A stretch of 64,000 nt of DNA from Chlorokybus atmophyticus (GCA_009103225.1 RHPI01001116.1:379380-443379), one strand, 5' to 3'; numbered from the stretch's first letter, positions 49,828 through 62,182 are shown. Made by a program: numbers and translations. The notes: generated by a model not told the origin, from the letters alone.

Positions 49828-52743
49828 TTAGCCCTTAGCAAAGTTCAGTACGCACAACTTGGAGCCGTTGACTGCCAGGACCACCCTGGCCTCATCTGAC
49901 GCAATGCAATGAACGGTTGCAGCATGCATCTGCACGATCGTAGCCGCCTCGCGCATGTGCTCGGTCGGTATCACCTCGTTCAAACACGTGGTGCTGTCAT
50001 CCAGGTTCAGCACCTGGATGCCAGCATTGTACGCGCCGAAAGTCTCGTGGCCCTGAGGCAACAACATCACACGTGAGGATGTGTCACAGTTGACATCACC
50101 AACTCCTGATGCTTTGTGTAGGTGTGTCGACAATACCTACCTTTAATGAGGGAGCTGTGACGATGGCGTAGTTGTTGTGCATGTGGATGCGGATCCACTG
50201 ACACGCTGCGGGGTCTGACCCGTGCAGACGCGCAAAGGGTTTCAGGTTAAACACATTCATTGGCGCGCAGGTCAATTTGTTGTACACGTGCAGCCTCTGA
50301 TCTGTTGTGCGCACGACCAAGTACTTGCTGTTCAGGGCAACCTGCGTGTGTGTATAAGTTGTCTCCCATTCACTCTGACATGATTTTGTAAGTACGTGCG
50401 CATCCAGGTATAACCAACTTCACTCGCCTGCAACACGCGCTCTTGCTCGTAGGGTGCCCCCGGTTTGGGATCTGGAGGCGCCAACTCAAGGATCCTATGC
50501 ATGCCGAGCAAGTCCCACACATGCATTGAGTTGTCCTGCCATACATATCCACAACCTTATTGAAAAACCCTAAACATGTCGTATGAATTCGCCAGGAGAT
50601 GCATTGCAGAACTGCTTACAACTAAGCACACAACATAGGAGCAAACAAGACAACAGTACACGCAACAAGTGGATAGTAGTACAACAACAACAACAACAAC
50701 TCATACCCCGCGGATGCACGCACACTCCACGGTGTCATCTCCGGCTCGCAGGTATGGCACTCGGCGGCTTTGACCTGAGTCGTGAGCAGTAATTTGGTTG
50801 GCAAGGGGTTCCAGCCTGACCACAACCCTATCATCCACTTGCTCGTTGACGAGCCGCCACACCGCCATACGGCAACCGCGATCCGGGGCAGAATGCGCGG
50901 TGGCTACGTAATTCTTTGACATCGCCATGACCTGTAGGAACAGCCCAAGAGTGAGGCAAATGTGTTTGTGCTGGTACTGCTGTGATGTACACAGAAGTGA
51001 CGTGACGTTGCGCAAACAACGAAACTGAAAAAGAGGCTGACACAACTACACGCACATGCATGCAAAGAGCACACACACGGATACGCAAACGAGCACATGT
51101 GCGCTTATCCACCGGCACACGCATGCAAGTAGACACGCAGACCCGCGACACATTGAGAAAAATTATAAATACGCACGAACGTACGCACGCGTGTGCGCCA
51201 ACCCGCACACACGCAGAGACCAGCACTTGCTTGGTATCAGACACATGCAACAACCGCCACCATCCCTACCAGAGTCCGCCCCCAATGTGGCCGTATAGCA
51301 GTCTCGCAGACCTTCTCAGCAGTGTCTATGTTCCAGACAGTCAGCGCGCCTTCACTGTCGGCAACAGCCACCAGTTCCCCACAACCGTCCATGGCGTCCA
51401 CCAGCTTGCCTTCAAACTAAAACACAGTGACACTTACGCCACATGCACGCCACACAGGTGATGTGCATGCTTTTGCGTGGGTGCCGTGCTTACATGCATG
51501 AGTTGGTGCAGACTGGACCCCGTGTTCACGTCTGTGACGTGCACGTGACCCATCGTTGGTGTGACGCTCCACTGGCTGTGAGCAGTCACCAGCTGCGGAA
51601 GCAATAAATTGTGTACTTGGTGTTCCACACACTTGTGCAGTATATAATGCAGTAAACAGGTTACATAACATGCATGTAGAGAAGGGCCAGACGCGTGCTG
51701 ATTGGTATGCTTACCTTATCTTCGTTGATGTGTATGCCACACACAGAGTTGCCACTGGCGCCAACAAACTCAACAGAGTGAAACTGCATAAGACCTGTCA
51801 TCAGCATGCGTGCGTGCGTACACGCATTGTCAACTTGCACATGATGCTTGGCAATAAAAAGTTGAACGCTTGCCAGCAAGCACCACAGCTACGCTCTGTA
51901 GAGCTAGTGACAGAGTAAGTGAATGGTGAATGCAATAGTACCTCTGTGCCATAACGTCCCGTGGCCCAATTCAGCTGAATGCGCCGCCTTCGAGTGTACG
52001 CTGCACGCCAATTGCCGGCATAGCCTTTGGGCAGACTGTGCAAGCCCAGCTCTTTGACACTGAGCGCGTGCCAAAGGCCATCGCTGTCACTCGCTTCCTT
52101 CCAATTCCTGTTGGGTAGTCCAGGTTTGAAGGCACAACACGCACGCCCATGCACAGGGGCGCAAAGTCATGCGTGCTCAATGGCAGGTAACGGAACAGCA
52201 GTTGAACATGCAAGCAGTTACACTAATGCAACGAGCACCAACAACAGTTGATAGCAGTCTTGTACTTTTGTTGTCGCTGCACAGACTGCAACCACACGTT
52301 GAAACAATCCATGGGGATGGGTCGTGCAAACAACCTCCAGTAATGGCTAAGAGCACACTAAAAAGTAGGACAGCTTGTTCAGCGCAATCCAGCACTGCAA
52401 GAAACTTAGACCAGAAGCTGTTGAGTTACAGCAGTTTGGTGGAATTTGGCCGACTGTCACACAGTGTCTAGCATGCCCGGTGTCAAGCTGTGTAAAGAGA
52501 GTATGCTGAACAGCTGTTGTATGCTGCTCTGTGTGGTCTGTTGGGTTTGATCAGGTCTGATCAAACCCAACGCTCCATCACTCAGTGTCGGGACAATCAA
52601 CACATACATACATAATCCCTCAACCTGCAAATTATTGAGCAAATGGCTGCGACGCGTCCGCCAGCCAGCTCAAACACCACCCTGAGACAGTCTCGGTCCA
52701 GCAGCGACCAGTCCGGCTGCAACCAACCCGCCTCCTCCTCCAT
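49828..52743 (-). CDS. F-box protein with a C-terminal WD40-like beta-propeller
   Basis: WSLLDRDCLRVVFELAG...IICR|NWKEASDSDGLW (F-box), then WRAAYTRRRRIQLNWATG and WD-like repeats (VADSEGALTVWNIDTAEKV; MHVWDL). Ends ...LCVLNFAKG*. GT-AG exons are in phase. Confidence 0.85.
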
Positions 52744-53208
52744 GATGTATGCCTGTGCTCCACTGCTGAAACACACACGAGATAATCCGTGTGGCCACAG
52801 CCCTTGCCACCGTCTGCCACCGCCGCCCTGGTGTGGAAGAACAGCAGGGAGGAGCGGCAGATTCTCAAGCAGGACACGCCTTAGATCTGTGTGATCTCTG
52901 CGGGCACTGCGTGTGCTGCATGTTCATCAGACCAATGTGCTGTGCATACTGCGCCGCTGCATCCTTCTCCAACGCTCAGCTAGCGCCTCGACCACACGGG
53001 CGTCGTCCTGAACCGGCGGGCCTTGCCCTCGCTGCCGCCCACGCCGCCGCCGCCGCCAAAGAGGAGCAGAAGCCTGTGGCTGCTGCTGTGCTCAATGACC
53101 ACTTTACAGCCTGTAAAGCTGCCACTGTGCCTTCAGTGTGATTCATGACAGGCGAAACCGTCATCCGGATTCTCAATCCCTACAACCTGCAACCTGATCA
53201 CGGGTGTT

Positions 53209-53759
53209 AAACATCGCATGTCGTGCAACTTGTGAAGTTGCCCCACAACTTGTGTCGCAAGTTGTGGGACCCACATTTCACGGCAACCTCGCATGCGATG
53301 TTGTAACTAAAGTCGACAGTCACAAGTTGTGACCCAAAAATTACAATAACATACACGTCTTTGTAATTGGAGGTAGTATAACATGTAACGACACATGCAA
53401 CACTGTATGATTTGTGAATATTGACAAGGGTCATCATCGCGATCATAATTGATCTTAACATATTTATGTCTGCAACATTGCAAACGCGATAGAACATTTG
53501 CGGTATTTGCTGACAAAAAGTCATAAAGATAGCATTTCCATTTGTGAGTGCAGCTGTCGTCACTTTTATACATGCCTGTCAAGTTGCCGTTAAAGGACAT
53601 ATTGTATGCACAGTGTTGCGCAAATTGCAATCGCAATTGTCATATGAGCGCCAATGACTCACGTTGTAATCGTGACTCACAATTTACACCCAATGCTCAA
53701 TTGTTTGTCGGACATGCAATTGAGCGTTAGGTATGAGCAACGAGTCGTTGCTCATACCT
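53209..53759. repeat. Cluster of nested hairpins, possibly a MITE or transposon end
   Basis: aacatcgcatg...catgcgatgtt encloses cccacaacttg-5nt-caagttgtggg. Also gtcacaa-g-ttgtgac (53319-53333) and aggtatgagcaacga-g-tcgttgctcatacct (53729-53759). Confidence 0.7.
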
Positions 53760-53999
53760 TCAACTTTGTATAACCTCTCCTCCTCCCCTTTGCTCCCCCT
53801 CCCCAGCACAGACACCTCTCGCACCCCAATTCGTTTGCTCTTATCAAGTTTATATTGTAATAAAGCACCAGAGGCTGTATGCCACTTCTCGTGCATGAGG
53901 TGCTGGCCACATGTTATTACCCATAACGGTCACCAGTTGCAGGGCCGGCCAGTTGCAACCTCGACAATTGCAATGCGTACGACGAAGTTTATGCCGCAA

Positions 54000-55600
54000 A
54001 GACACACTGTTTTTTTTTTACAACTAGCTATAGTACGGTGCAGTGTCAAGTGCCTTTTTAACATATGGTGCACGTTCAGGTTGACTGATGTGTCTTGCAA
54101 AGCTTAGTAAAGATAACAGTAACGTGGCGGCTGAAGCAAGCACTCGAGCCGCTAAAGTAACAACGGTAGGTATGATGCATGCTTGTGGTTTTGTCTCATA
54201 TTTTCTAGTGCTCTTTTTTAGCGTAGGTACTGACGAGTTCAACAATTTGTCAACAAAGGCAATCGCATGGTTATTAACATGGGCAAATCTTTTATAGTTA
54301 ATGGAGACCACAACGGCTTGCGAAATATCGACGCTTTATTTAGCAGACACAGAAGGTTGATTGACAACATTTTACGAATCAGATGATCATGAAAAACCAA
54401 CGCGCACAAACGCAGAATTTTGCAACTCGTTCAGACGAGCACTTGCTGCCCCTTGTCCATGAAAAAAATCCGAAAGTAGTGCACGACAATGTTGTCGCCC
54501 TCTTGCAGAAGTTTTTCCAGCGGACATGCTTGCTGTTAACCCATTCACTAAGCAACTGGACGCCGTGCACTTAGTATGGCATTGTCTTGGATGGATGGCT
54601 TCGAGCTCCGCGAAGAGTTTATAAACTTCTTGAACTCTAGACACTCAAACTGAATCAGGGACTGAGATACTACCGTACCGTGCTATAGTATGCAGCATGC
54701 TATGTGCATGCGTGTGCGCATCACACGCTGTGCGTATGTGTGATGCGGTTGTCAACTTGCAAAATCTCACAGAGGCTGCTGAAATTGCAAGACAGATTTA
54801 TGCACGCTAGTGCGCCGACACACATGCTCATGCCTGCACAAATGCACACAAGCTATGCTGTCATTGGTATGAACAATAATTGACATATGCATGTGGATGT
54901 ATTCCCGTCAGCATGCAAAGAGCGGAGACACCCATTGGGCACAAAAGAATCACGTGATAATAAGAGTTAAAACCATTATATGAGTCTTTTGCGCGCATAT
55001 AATGTTGTTGTAAATTCAATCAACTTGATGAAACTCATGTTTTGATGGTCTTCATATTTAAGGATTATAGTGAACAATGCAACAATTGTACCATGAGTTC
55101 TTTGCGTTGACATTATTATGACAACTGTTGCAGAGTTGGCCAACTTATGTTTCCCTGGTCATCAGCTGCAACACGAGGGACAACCTCAAGCTACTGTTGC
55201 CATGTTTGTCTCTCAATGCTTGATGATGACTACTTAGTAATTGGTATAATGACGTACCCCATGTTACAGGACTTGTTGTTCTACACATTCTGTATGTAGT
55301 GCATGAACAATTGCATGTGAGTGCAGCTGTTAAGAATCCTGTGCTCATTAAATCGCCATTAAAAAGTTCAATAACAATTGATGCCGGTTTAGCCAACTCA
55401 TTGTTGACCAAGCAGAAGCTACCAAAGCGAGGGCACTTTTTACCAAGATTTGTCACGTGCTATGCTCAACACAAGTTATGTGTAACAAATGTGATGATAA
55501 AAGGGGAGCACTGCAGCGAATTGCCTTGTACTCGCACGTTTAAAGCTGACCAAGCCAGCAACTACCCTTTTTATGTTGTTTTGTCTTTACACAGCATAGT
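54000..55600 (-). mobile_element. Degenerate hAT (DUF659-type) transposase relic
   Basis: Collinear remnants: DSYNG..VILLCPMG (compare DGW..NFLVxCPxG), ILQVDN (VVTDNA), ELEAIHPRQCHTKCTASSCLVN (LxxxYP..CAAHCLxL) and DFFHG...RLNELQ. Many stops, AT-rich flanks. Confidence 0.5.
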
Positions 55601-56349
55601 ACATCAAATATGCAAGTCCAAAGTTCACACCTTGAATGGAGAGGCATTTATGTGTGTGTGTTGTGAAGTGTAGATGTATAGAGATGTATAAAAGATAATT
55701 ATTAAAACATTTACGACATTCATTGGCCACATTATGAATAATCGTTGGTAACATTATGTCACATGCATATACGGTATATGCATTCCGATTTAACATTGTG
55801 TGCTTCGCGCAACTCTTATGTCTGTCGCTCTTTGAATCAACAGCGTACATTGTGTGCTATGTATAACGTTATACAGACACATATATGCCGTACAATTCAT
55901 GGAATGTTATACTGTTTTCTTACCATTTATATAATTACAACTTATGTGTAGTGATGTGACATGTGACACGATGTCATTTGCAAGGGATTTCAATGATTGA
56001 TTATAGACACGGGTGCAATGTGTATCCACATAATCCTTGTTCAATGGTATTAATGATAATGTATACCAACCTAGAGACGAGTATATATATTGGATTATAC
56101 TTGCTACGTATATATATATTTGCGTCAAGTGATAAAAGGTCAAATCGCTGAATGTCAAAACCATGGTCTAATTTGTAGAGCATATTGTATTCTATAGATT
56201 TATGCCTTGTTTGATAATAGTTATTTTAGATTTATATTGAGTGCCCAGCTCTGCACCTTCAATATACGACGGAGCCTTTGAGGGGGCTTAACAGGTTCTT
56301 TACGAAGTGACCTTTTAGCAGGTAGAAGGTGCATTATTGACTTGCTTGC

Positions 56350-56603
56350 TAGCTAGCTTGGCGGGAAGGGGCACCTAAAAGTGAACTCTGCTTTGTATGC
56401 CACGACGGTCGCGAGTCGAGGAGGTTGAACCCACGACCTCCCGTAGCTAGCTTGCGGCGGGAAGGGTCACCTAAAAGTGAACTCTGCTTTGTATGCCACG
56501 ACGGTCGCGAGTCGAGGAGGTTGAACCCACGACCTCCCGTTTACTGTGACAAAGCGGTCAACCTCTCGTGGTCGAAGCATCTTACCGAATCGGCTACCCG
56601 TCC
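56350..56603 (-). mobile_element. tRNA-derived SINE-like element with a tandemly duplicated ~95-bp B-box/tail unit
   Basis: The minus strand has an A-box-like TAGCCGATTCGG and a B-box-like GGTTCAACCTCC. AGTAAACGGGAGGTC resembles the 3' half of tRNA-Thr(AGT). The acceptor stem does not pair. Near-identical repeat units lie at 56350-56443 and 56444-56539. Confidence 0.55.
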
Positions 56604-56877
56604 ATGGGTCCATAGTTTACTTGATAGCATAGTCCATCACGTCACACCACATTGTTAGCGCACGCATTCCTCGAACAAATGAATAACATGAAGTGTTATC
56701 AATCTTGCCAATGTTAACGTTGCAAAGGTTCACTCATCGGTCAATGGGCCTGCTCATGCACCAATTGCCAATGGTGTAACACAGTGTCGCATCAACTCAC
56801 ATTGCGCATGACGTATCTACATGTAGTGCTATTGCAACCTATACTCGATAAGTGTTACCAATACATTATATGTGCAA

Positions 56878-58800
56878 CTATCCTCGTCTCCTCGTCACAT
56901 GGTCGTATATCACCACTTGAATGTACTCACTAGTCGCCATCTGCCTCATTCAACAACAAGGTAAGCGGCCTGTCATGCAAGCTCAAGTCGAATGACAACT
57001 TGCAGCTCTTGCATATGCGACATTTATCAGCATAAACCCACCTCTATGCGAGTTGAGTTGTCGCCAGGTCTTGCTCGCGGATCAACCTGGTGGGGGGAGA
57101 CAAACACACGTGAGAACACTTCACCTCATCATGCATTGCAAAAGATCATCACTTGACAATGCTTGTGTCTAGCAATGCGGAGGTGTTGTGAAACTGACAT
57201 TGATAATCTTCCTGTCGCGCTTGTTCTTGAAGAGCAGCCCAGCCTCATTGTCGGCAATGACCTGTTGGTATGTTACGAGCCCTTCAGCCCCATATGAAAA
57301 GCACACTTCAAAGGCGTATGTTGCAATGGTTACCTGAAAGTTTTGGGTGGGGACAGATGTAGATGTCTGCGTGTCCCTGCGTAACAACAATACTTTTCGT
57401 CAAAAGCTGCTTGTACAATAACAGTATGAAGTGCACACACACACACACACACACGCGCGCGCACGCGCGCGCGCATGCACGCACGCGCGCGCGCATGCAC
57501 GCACGCACACACACACATGTGCGCACATACGTGCATGCACGCACGCACGTGTGCTCACATGCGCATGCATGCATGCATGCATGCACGCGCACGCAATAAA
57601 GTTACCAGTTGTAGAAGCTCAGGTCTGTGGCTTTGGGCAGCAGCCGTTTCTTGCGCTCAAACACGGGCTCCAGGTTCTCCGTCTTCAGGCGATGACCGTA
57701 GTCGATGTAACCAGACACCTGCACTCACAACACGTGTCCACATGAGTCTTTCCTCGCTGATACTGCTGTAGCTTCTTAGGCATACACACATGCCAGCAGC
57801 GTGTACACGCACCTCTTGCCCGCGGCTGTTGCGGTCTCTTATGAAGATGATAGTCTGGTTAAGGCGATGCACACATGTGTGAGAGTATGTTGGTGGAGTC
57901 ACTACGCCAGCGTTGATCCCAACCCAAGCACACGAAGTCTTTGCGACACACATACACACACTCTCGCATGCCCCCNNNNNNNNNNNNNNNNNNNNNNCCA
58001 GCCCCCACACCCACACGCACGCACGCAGGCAGGTTGCATCCCTCTCAACATACGCGCACCGAGAGTTTGCCAGACCTCACGCTCTCTTCTCTCTGCTGAA
58101 GTGCCTGCCAGGGGCACACACACGTGCATAAAGGTTGCTGATTAGGCACCATGTGTTGGGATTGGGGTGGTTGTACATAGGCGCCATAGGTTGTACGCAT
58201 ACCAACCTGCAGTAGCGGGAAACCCTCGCAGTGCTTGCCCGCGCTGGCGAGCTGCTTGGGCTTGTTCTTCAGCTTCTGCTCGCATTTTCAATACGTAGCA
58301 TGGCTTCAGTGTCGGCAGCTCTGTGCTTGCGCTCGTGCGTGCGTGCGTGGGTATGTGCATGTGGGTGGGTGGGTGGGTACGGGTGTGTGAATGTTTGTAT
58401 ACCTGCAGTCTGGCCTGCTCGGCTGCCTCCTTGCGTGCTTCAAACTCCTCGCGTTTCATTATCTCACCGTTGCCTCTGTACCTGCACAGCGTTGGCAAAG
58501 CCAAATGGTCACACCAATATGTACACTTACGTAAAGTTCTGTCAAGTCTTGCTGGCAAACTGTCTGAGTGCCAAGTTGATCCTACTTTAGCATCTGTGTG
58601 CGTATGTTTTGTATAAAACAGTTGACTGTGCTTGCCCAAGTTCGACCAGCTGTCGAGCGAGTTCGATGTCCTCAAGATAAAACATGTCCACCGGGGTGAT
58701 CTGCCTGTCCAGGTAGTCCTCATATCTGCAGCGAAAAGCAGCTTGATTAAAGAGAATTGTAACTCTAGTACCCAGTCACACAAATCTCTGCACTCGAACA

Positions 58801-58884
<84 letters not shown>

Positions 58885-59293
58885 NNNNNNNNNNNNNNNN
58901 NNNNNNNNNNNNNNNNNNNNNNNNNNNNNNNNNNNNNNNNNNNNNNNNNNNNNNNNNNNNNNNNNNNNNNNNNNNNNNNNNNNNNNNNNNNNNNNNNNNN
59001 NNNNNNNNNNNNNNNNNNNNNNNNNNNNNNNNNNNNNNNNNNNNNNNNNNNNNNNNNNNNNNNNNNNNNNNNNNNNNNNNNNNNNNNNNNNNNNNNNNNN
59101 NNNNNNNNNNNNNNNNNNNNNNNNNNNNNNNNNNNNNNNNNNNNNNNNNNNNNNNNNNNNNNNNNNNNNNNNNNNNNNNNNNNGAGAGAGAGAGAGAGAG
59201 GGGGGCACCCAGCCCCCAAAACAGCACTCACGTGGTAAACTGTATGATGAAGCTATCGATGCCGTGCTCGCCATTGCTCTCCCCGTCATCCAT
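56878..59293 (-). CDS. CFAP299: Cilia- and flagella-associated protein 299 (10 exons)
   Basis: FTT|[30 protein letters not shown]|[17 protein letters not shown]...[14 protein letters not shown]|[12 protein letters not shown]...DLSFYNW...[14 protein letters not shown]|[13 protein letters not shown]...[13 protein letters not shown]. Intron 2 has a GC donor at 58635. Confidence 0.93.
58803..59200. repeat. (GA)n microsatellite interrupted by an assembly gap, in CFAP299 intron 1
   Basis: Direct reading; N-run 58885-59183. Confidence 0.95.
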
Positions 59294-59943
59294 TTCCAAC
59301 AGTGTGCCTCAACCAACCTCAACCACAAACAACTCAATCAACAACACAAGAATAGAACACTTCCAACGCCCTCACCCGCACAGCACCCTGACGGCTGCTA
59401 CTCAGCACTCAAGCCTGCTTCTCAGCAGCAGCAAGCGCCAACATCAATCCACACACCAGCTGTCACCTAGCGTGTAGTTTCTGCTCCAACCTTTTAGGGT
59501 TGCTTTAGGTTAGGATGTCACGTGACGACAGAAGCTTCTGGTAAGGCGCTGCTTGTCGACGCGACGACAATCGTCCGTCGACGTCATCCGGCGCCGTGTA
59601 CTGTACATCTCAGGATGAAACCCTAAGCAAGTGCGCGTCGCTGGTGGCGGCGGCGGCGGACGACGAGGCGGCGGACAAGGAGGCAGTAGCAGAGGAGGGG
59701 AAGAAGAGGCTTTTGGAGTGGCGTAGCGTGCTTGAGCGTCTGTGTGCAGGGGTTGAAGTCGAGGTGTACTGGAGCTTGGCTGCTGGTGAACGAGCAGGAG
59801 TTTGGTCAAGGGAGCAGGAGGCGTAGGCCGAGCAGGACGAGCAGGGGAGGGAGGAGGAGTGGTTGGTGAAGAAAGGGTAGGCGTAAATAAGGAGCAGGGT
59901 CTGCGCAGGGCTTGGCGCTCGCTCCTGTGGTGAGCGGCAAGCC
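59294..59943. promoter_or_regulatory. Bidirectional promoter between CFAP299 and HP30, with telo-box
   Basis: Divergent genes; AAACCCTAA at 59618-59626 and TTTTAGGGTT near 59493. Confidence 0.55.
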
Positions 59944-62182
59944 ATGGCGAAGTGGGTGCAGAACCAGCAGAAACAAGTCTCGGACAGGGTCCAGACCTGG
60001 CTTTCCAAACAGCCGCCTGCTATAGAGGCATGTTTGCATGTCGTTTTCTTGTAGGTTTTCCGTACTTGCATAATGCAGGCATTGCATACAAACACACAGT
60101 TTCACTCGCTACAACTTGGTCGGCTTACCAAGAGGCATTGCTACTGCATGCAAGAGCTGATTAGAGAGTCGTGTCTGGCACATTGTGAATATCAACCAGT
60201 TTATGTCCTTGTATCTACCACTGTTTCACTATGCAGCGTGCATTCATGAAGAAGCAAGGTTCCTTTCTTCTTGCTTTGCAAAGCGGACAGTGTGCGCCTG
60301 CTTGGTTCGCGATTTGCATGCACAACGTCGTCATGCACTGCGTCATGGCCCATGCAACCATCACAAAAGCACGAAAGCTGGAACCAATTGCTACTTGCAA
60401 CCAGTCATAGGCGCCAAGCGGCATTCTTTATTAGCTGCTTGGCAAAAGGCTGCATCCCTGCAAATGCGATTGAGCTTGACTGGTGAAGAGCGCAACCTTT
60501 GGTTGCAATCTACAACTGGCAACGCAGCGTGGTTCTACGTGCATGCAGTTGTGCAGTTGTGCTCGTGTGAAGACACTTGCATGGTGTTCTTTACACACCT
60601 GCGTGTGTCATACAGGTGGCGGTGCTGACTGGAGCAGCGGCGCTTCAGGGTGGTGTGATGGGGGGTTTCATGGGCAGCGTCTACTCAGACATGGCTCCCA
60701 AGCCAGGCGCTCCCGGCGCCACCACGGCTACCGCTACAGCTGCCGGCATGCCAGGCATGCCGGGCAGCACAAATCCCTTTGGCAGCCTAACAGCTCCTGA
60801 GGTACACATGATTATTAATCATGCGCGTATCGGTTTTAGCAACCACTTCTTGTCCGCATGCCTTGTATGCAGCACTGTGTTTGCCTGACCTGCACTGCAA
60901 TCCCCCTCTCTTATCTGAAGGTATTCAATCTTGCATGCAACGTTGCATTACAAGAGTAGTGTTGCACATGTGGCTGGTACTGTTGCATCCATTAGTGTCA
61001 GGAGAAAGGCAAGTGCCACAATAGAGGATGGGTGTTTCTATCGTATTAACGTTTTCGAAACAGGTCTTCATAGTGTAGCATGTTGAGTGTTATTGCATTT
61101 GCAACAGGCGAGATTGCATGCAGTGCTCATTGTAATCTTTTTGTGGGCAGGGGGGTCAATCAGCAATGTTTACTGGTGGGCCGTTTGTGCAAGCGCGTAA
61201 TTTTGCAGTCATGGCGGCCTCGAATGCACTCATCTCCAACGTATTGAAAAAGAAAGGGGTCAAAGAAGAGCACACACAGTAAGTGACATTTGCCCCATGT
61301 GCCGGTAGTAGTGCGTGCGTGCACGCCACAGACACCCGTTTAATCTTTGGTATTTGAGGTGTTGCGCAGTACGCCAATGTTGTAAACACATTGACAGCGT
61401 CATCAAACATGTCCAGCAGCGCGTGTGTTGAGTGGGCTAGTTAGCCTAGTATTCACTTGCACTGTTGAGATGACGTTGTCTGTGTCTTTAGTCTTAACTT
61501 GCACTGATCCTGCCTTAGGATGGCTGCATCGTTTGGCTCTGGTGCCGCCTTTGCCCTCCTGTCGCCCATGCCCGGCACCAATCGCTTTGTTGGCGCCATC
61601 TCCACGGGCCTTTCATTTGCGTTGCTGCAAGCTGCTTTCACAAAGGTGGCTACTTCAGCAGCGAGTCTGGGACGGTATGGTGTGAAAAGGACAGCATTGT
61701 GCTGACTGTAGATGGCTTGCAGGTGATGACTGCGTGGGGTCCCAAGAAGCCACAGCCAGAAACTAACTACCTCAAAACAAAGGGCATGCTGCAGGTAGGT
61801 TGCTCAGCATAGCGTTTGGAATTTGATTGAACATCTTTCCGCACAGCATCTACCTTAATGCCTGCTTTTCGCCTCATTGTTGCAGTTGTGCTGACATGCA
61901 CATGTGTCTCGCGCAGAATCTGGGCTTGGAAAGGTACGAAAAGAATTTCAAGAAAGGGGAGCTGAATGACTCAGTGCTACCACTGCTTACAGACAGGTAC
62001 GCACTGTCGTTTAATTGTGTGCAGAGCCAAGTTGGCGGTGGGTCACCGTATCAACACTTACTGGATGCTTGTCATGGAGTAGTGCATTGAAAGACGCTCA
62101 AATACCTCCGGGTCCGAGGTTGCTGATTTTGAGTCACATAAACCAGAAGCCAGGTTCAAGCACAGCTGCTGCTGCATCTTAG
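59944..62182 (+). CDS. HP30: Tim17/22/23-family protein with a C-terminal SAM domain (HP30/TRIC-like, 6 exons)
   Basis: WLSKQPPAIE|VAVLTGAAALQGGVMG, GGPFVQARNFAVM, AASFGSGAAFAL and LGLERYEKNFKKGELNDSVLPLLTDSALKDAQIPPGPRLLIL. Intron 1 has a GC donor at 60028. Confidence 0.92.

Noticed and set aside
52791-53141. Ala-rich plus-strand ORF
   Set aside because: It overlaps the GCC-rich upstream leader region of the F-box gene and has no downstream exons.
53199-56165. cacgggtgttaaac and catggttttgac as hAT TIRs
   Set aside because: The similarity is only partial and the flanking 8-mers do not match.
56350-56539. Two ~95-bp direct repeats as a CRISPR array, or the adjacent sequence as a functional tRNA
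   Set aside because: There are only two contiguous units with no spacers, in a eukaryotic context. The tRNA-like part lacks a pairing acceptor stem.
59610-60095. Ser-rich minus-strand ORF resembling a transit peptide
   Set aside because: It is antisense to the GC-rich 5' leader and first exon of HP30, and CFAP299 has its own start at 59293.
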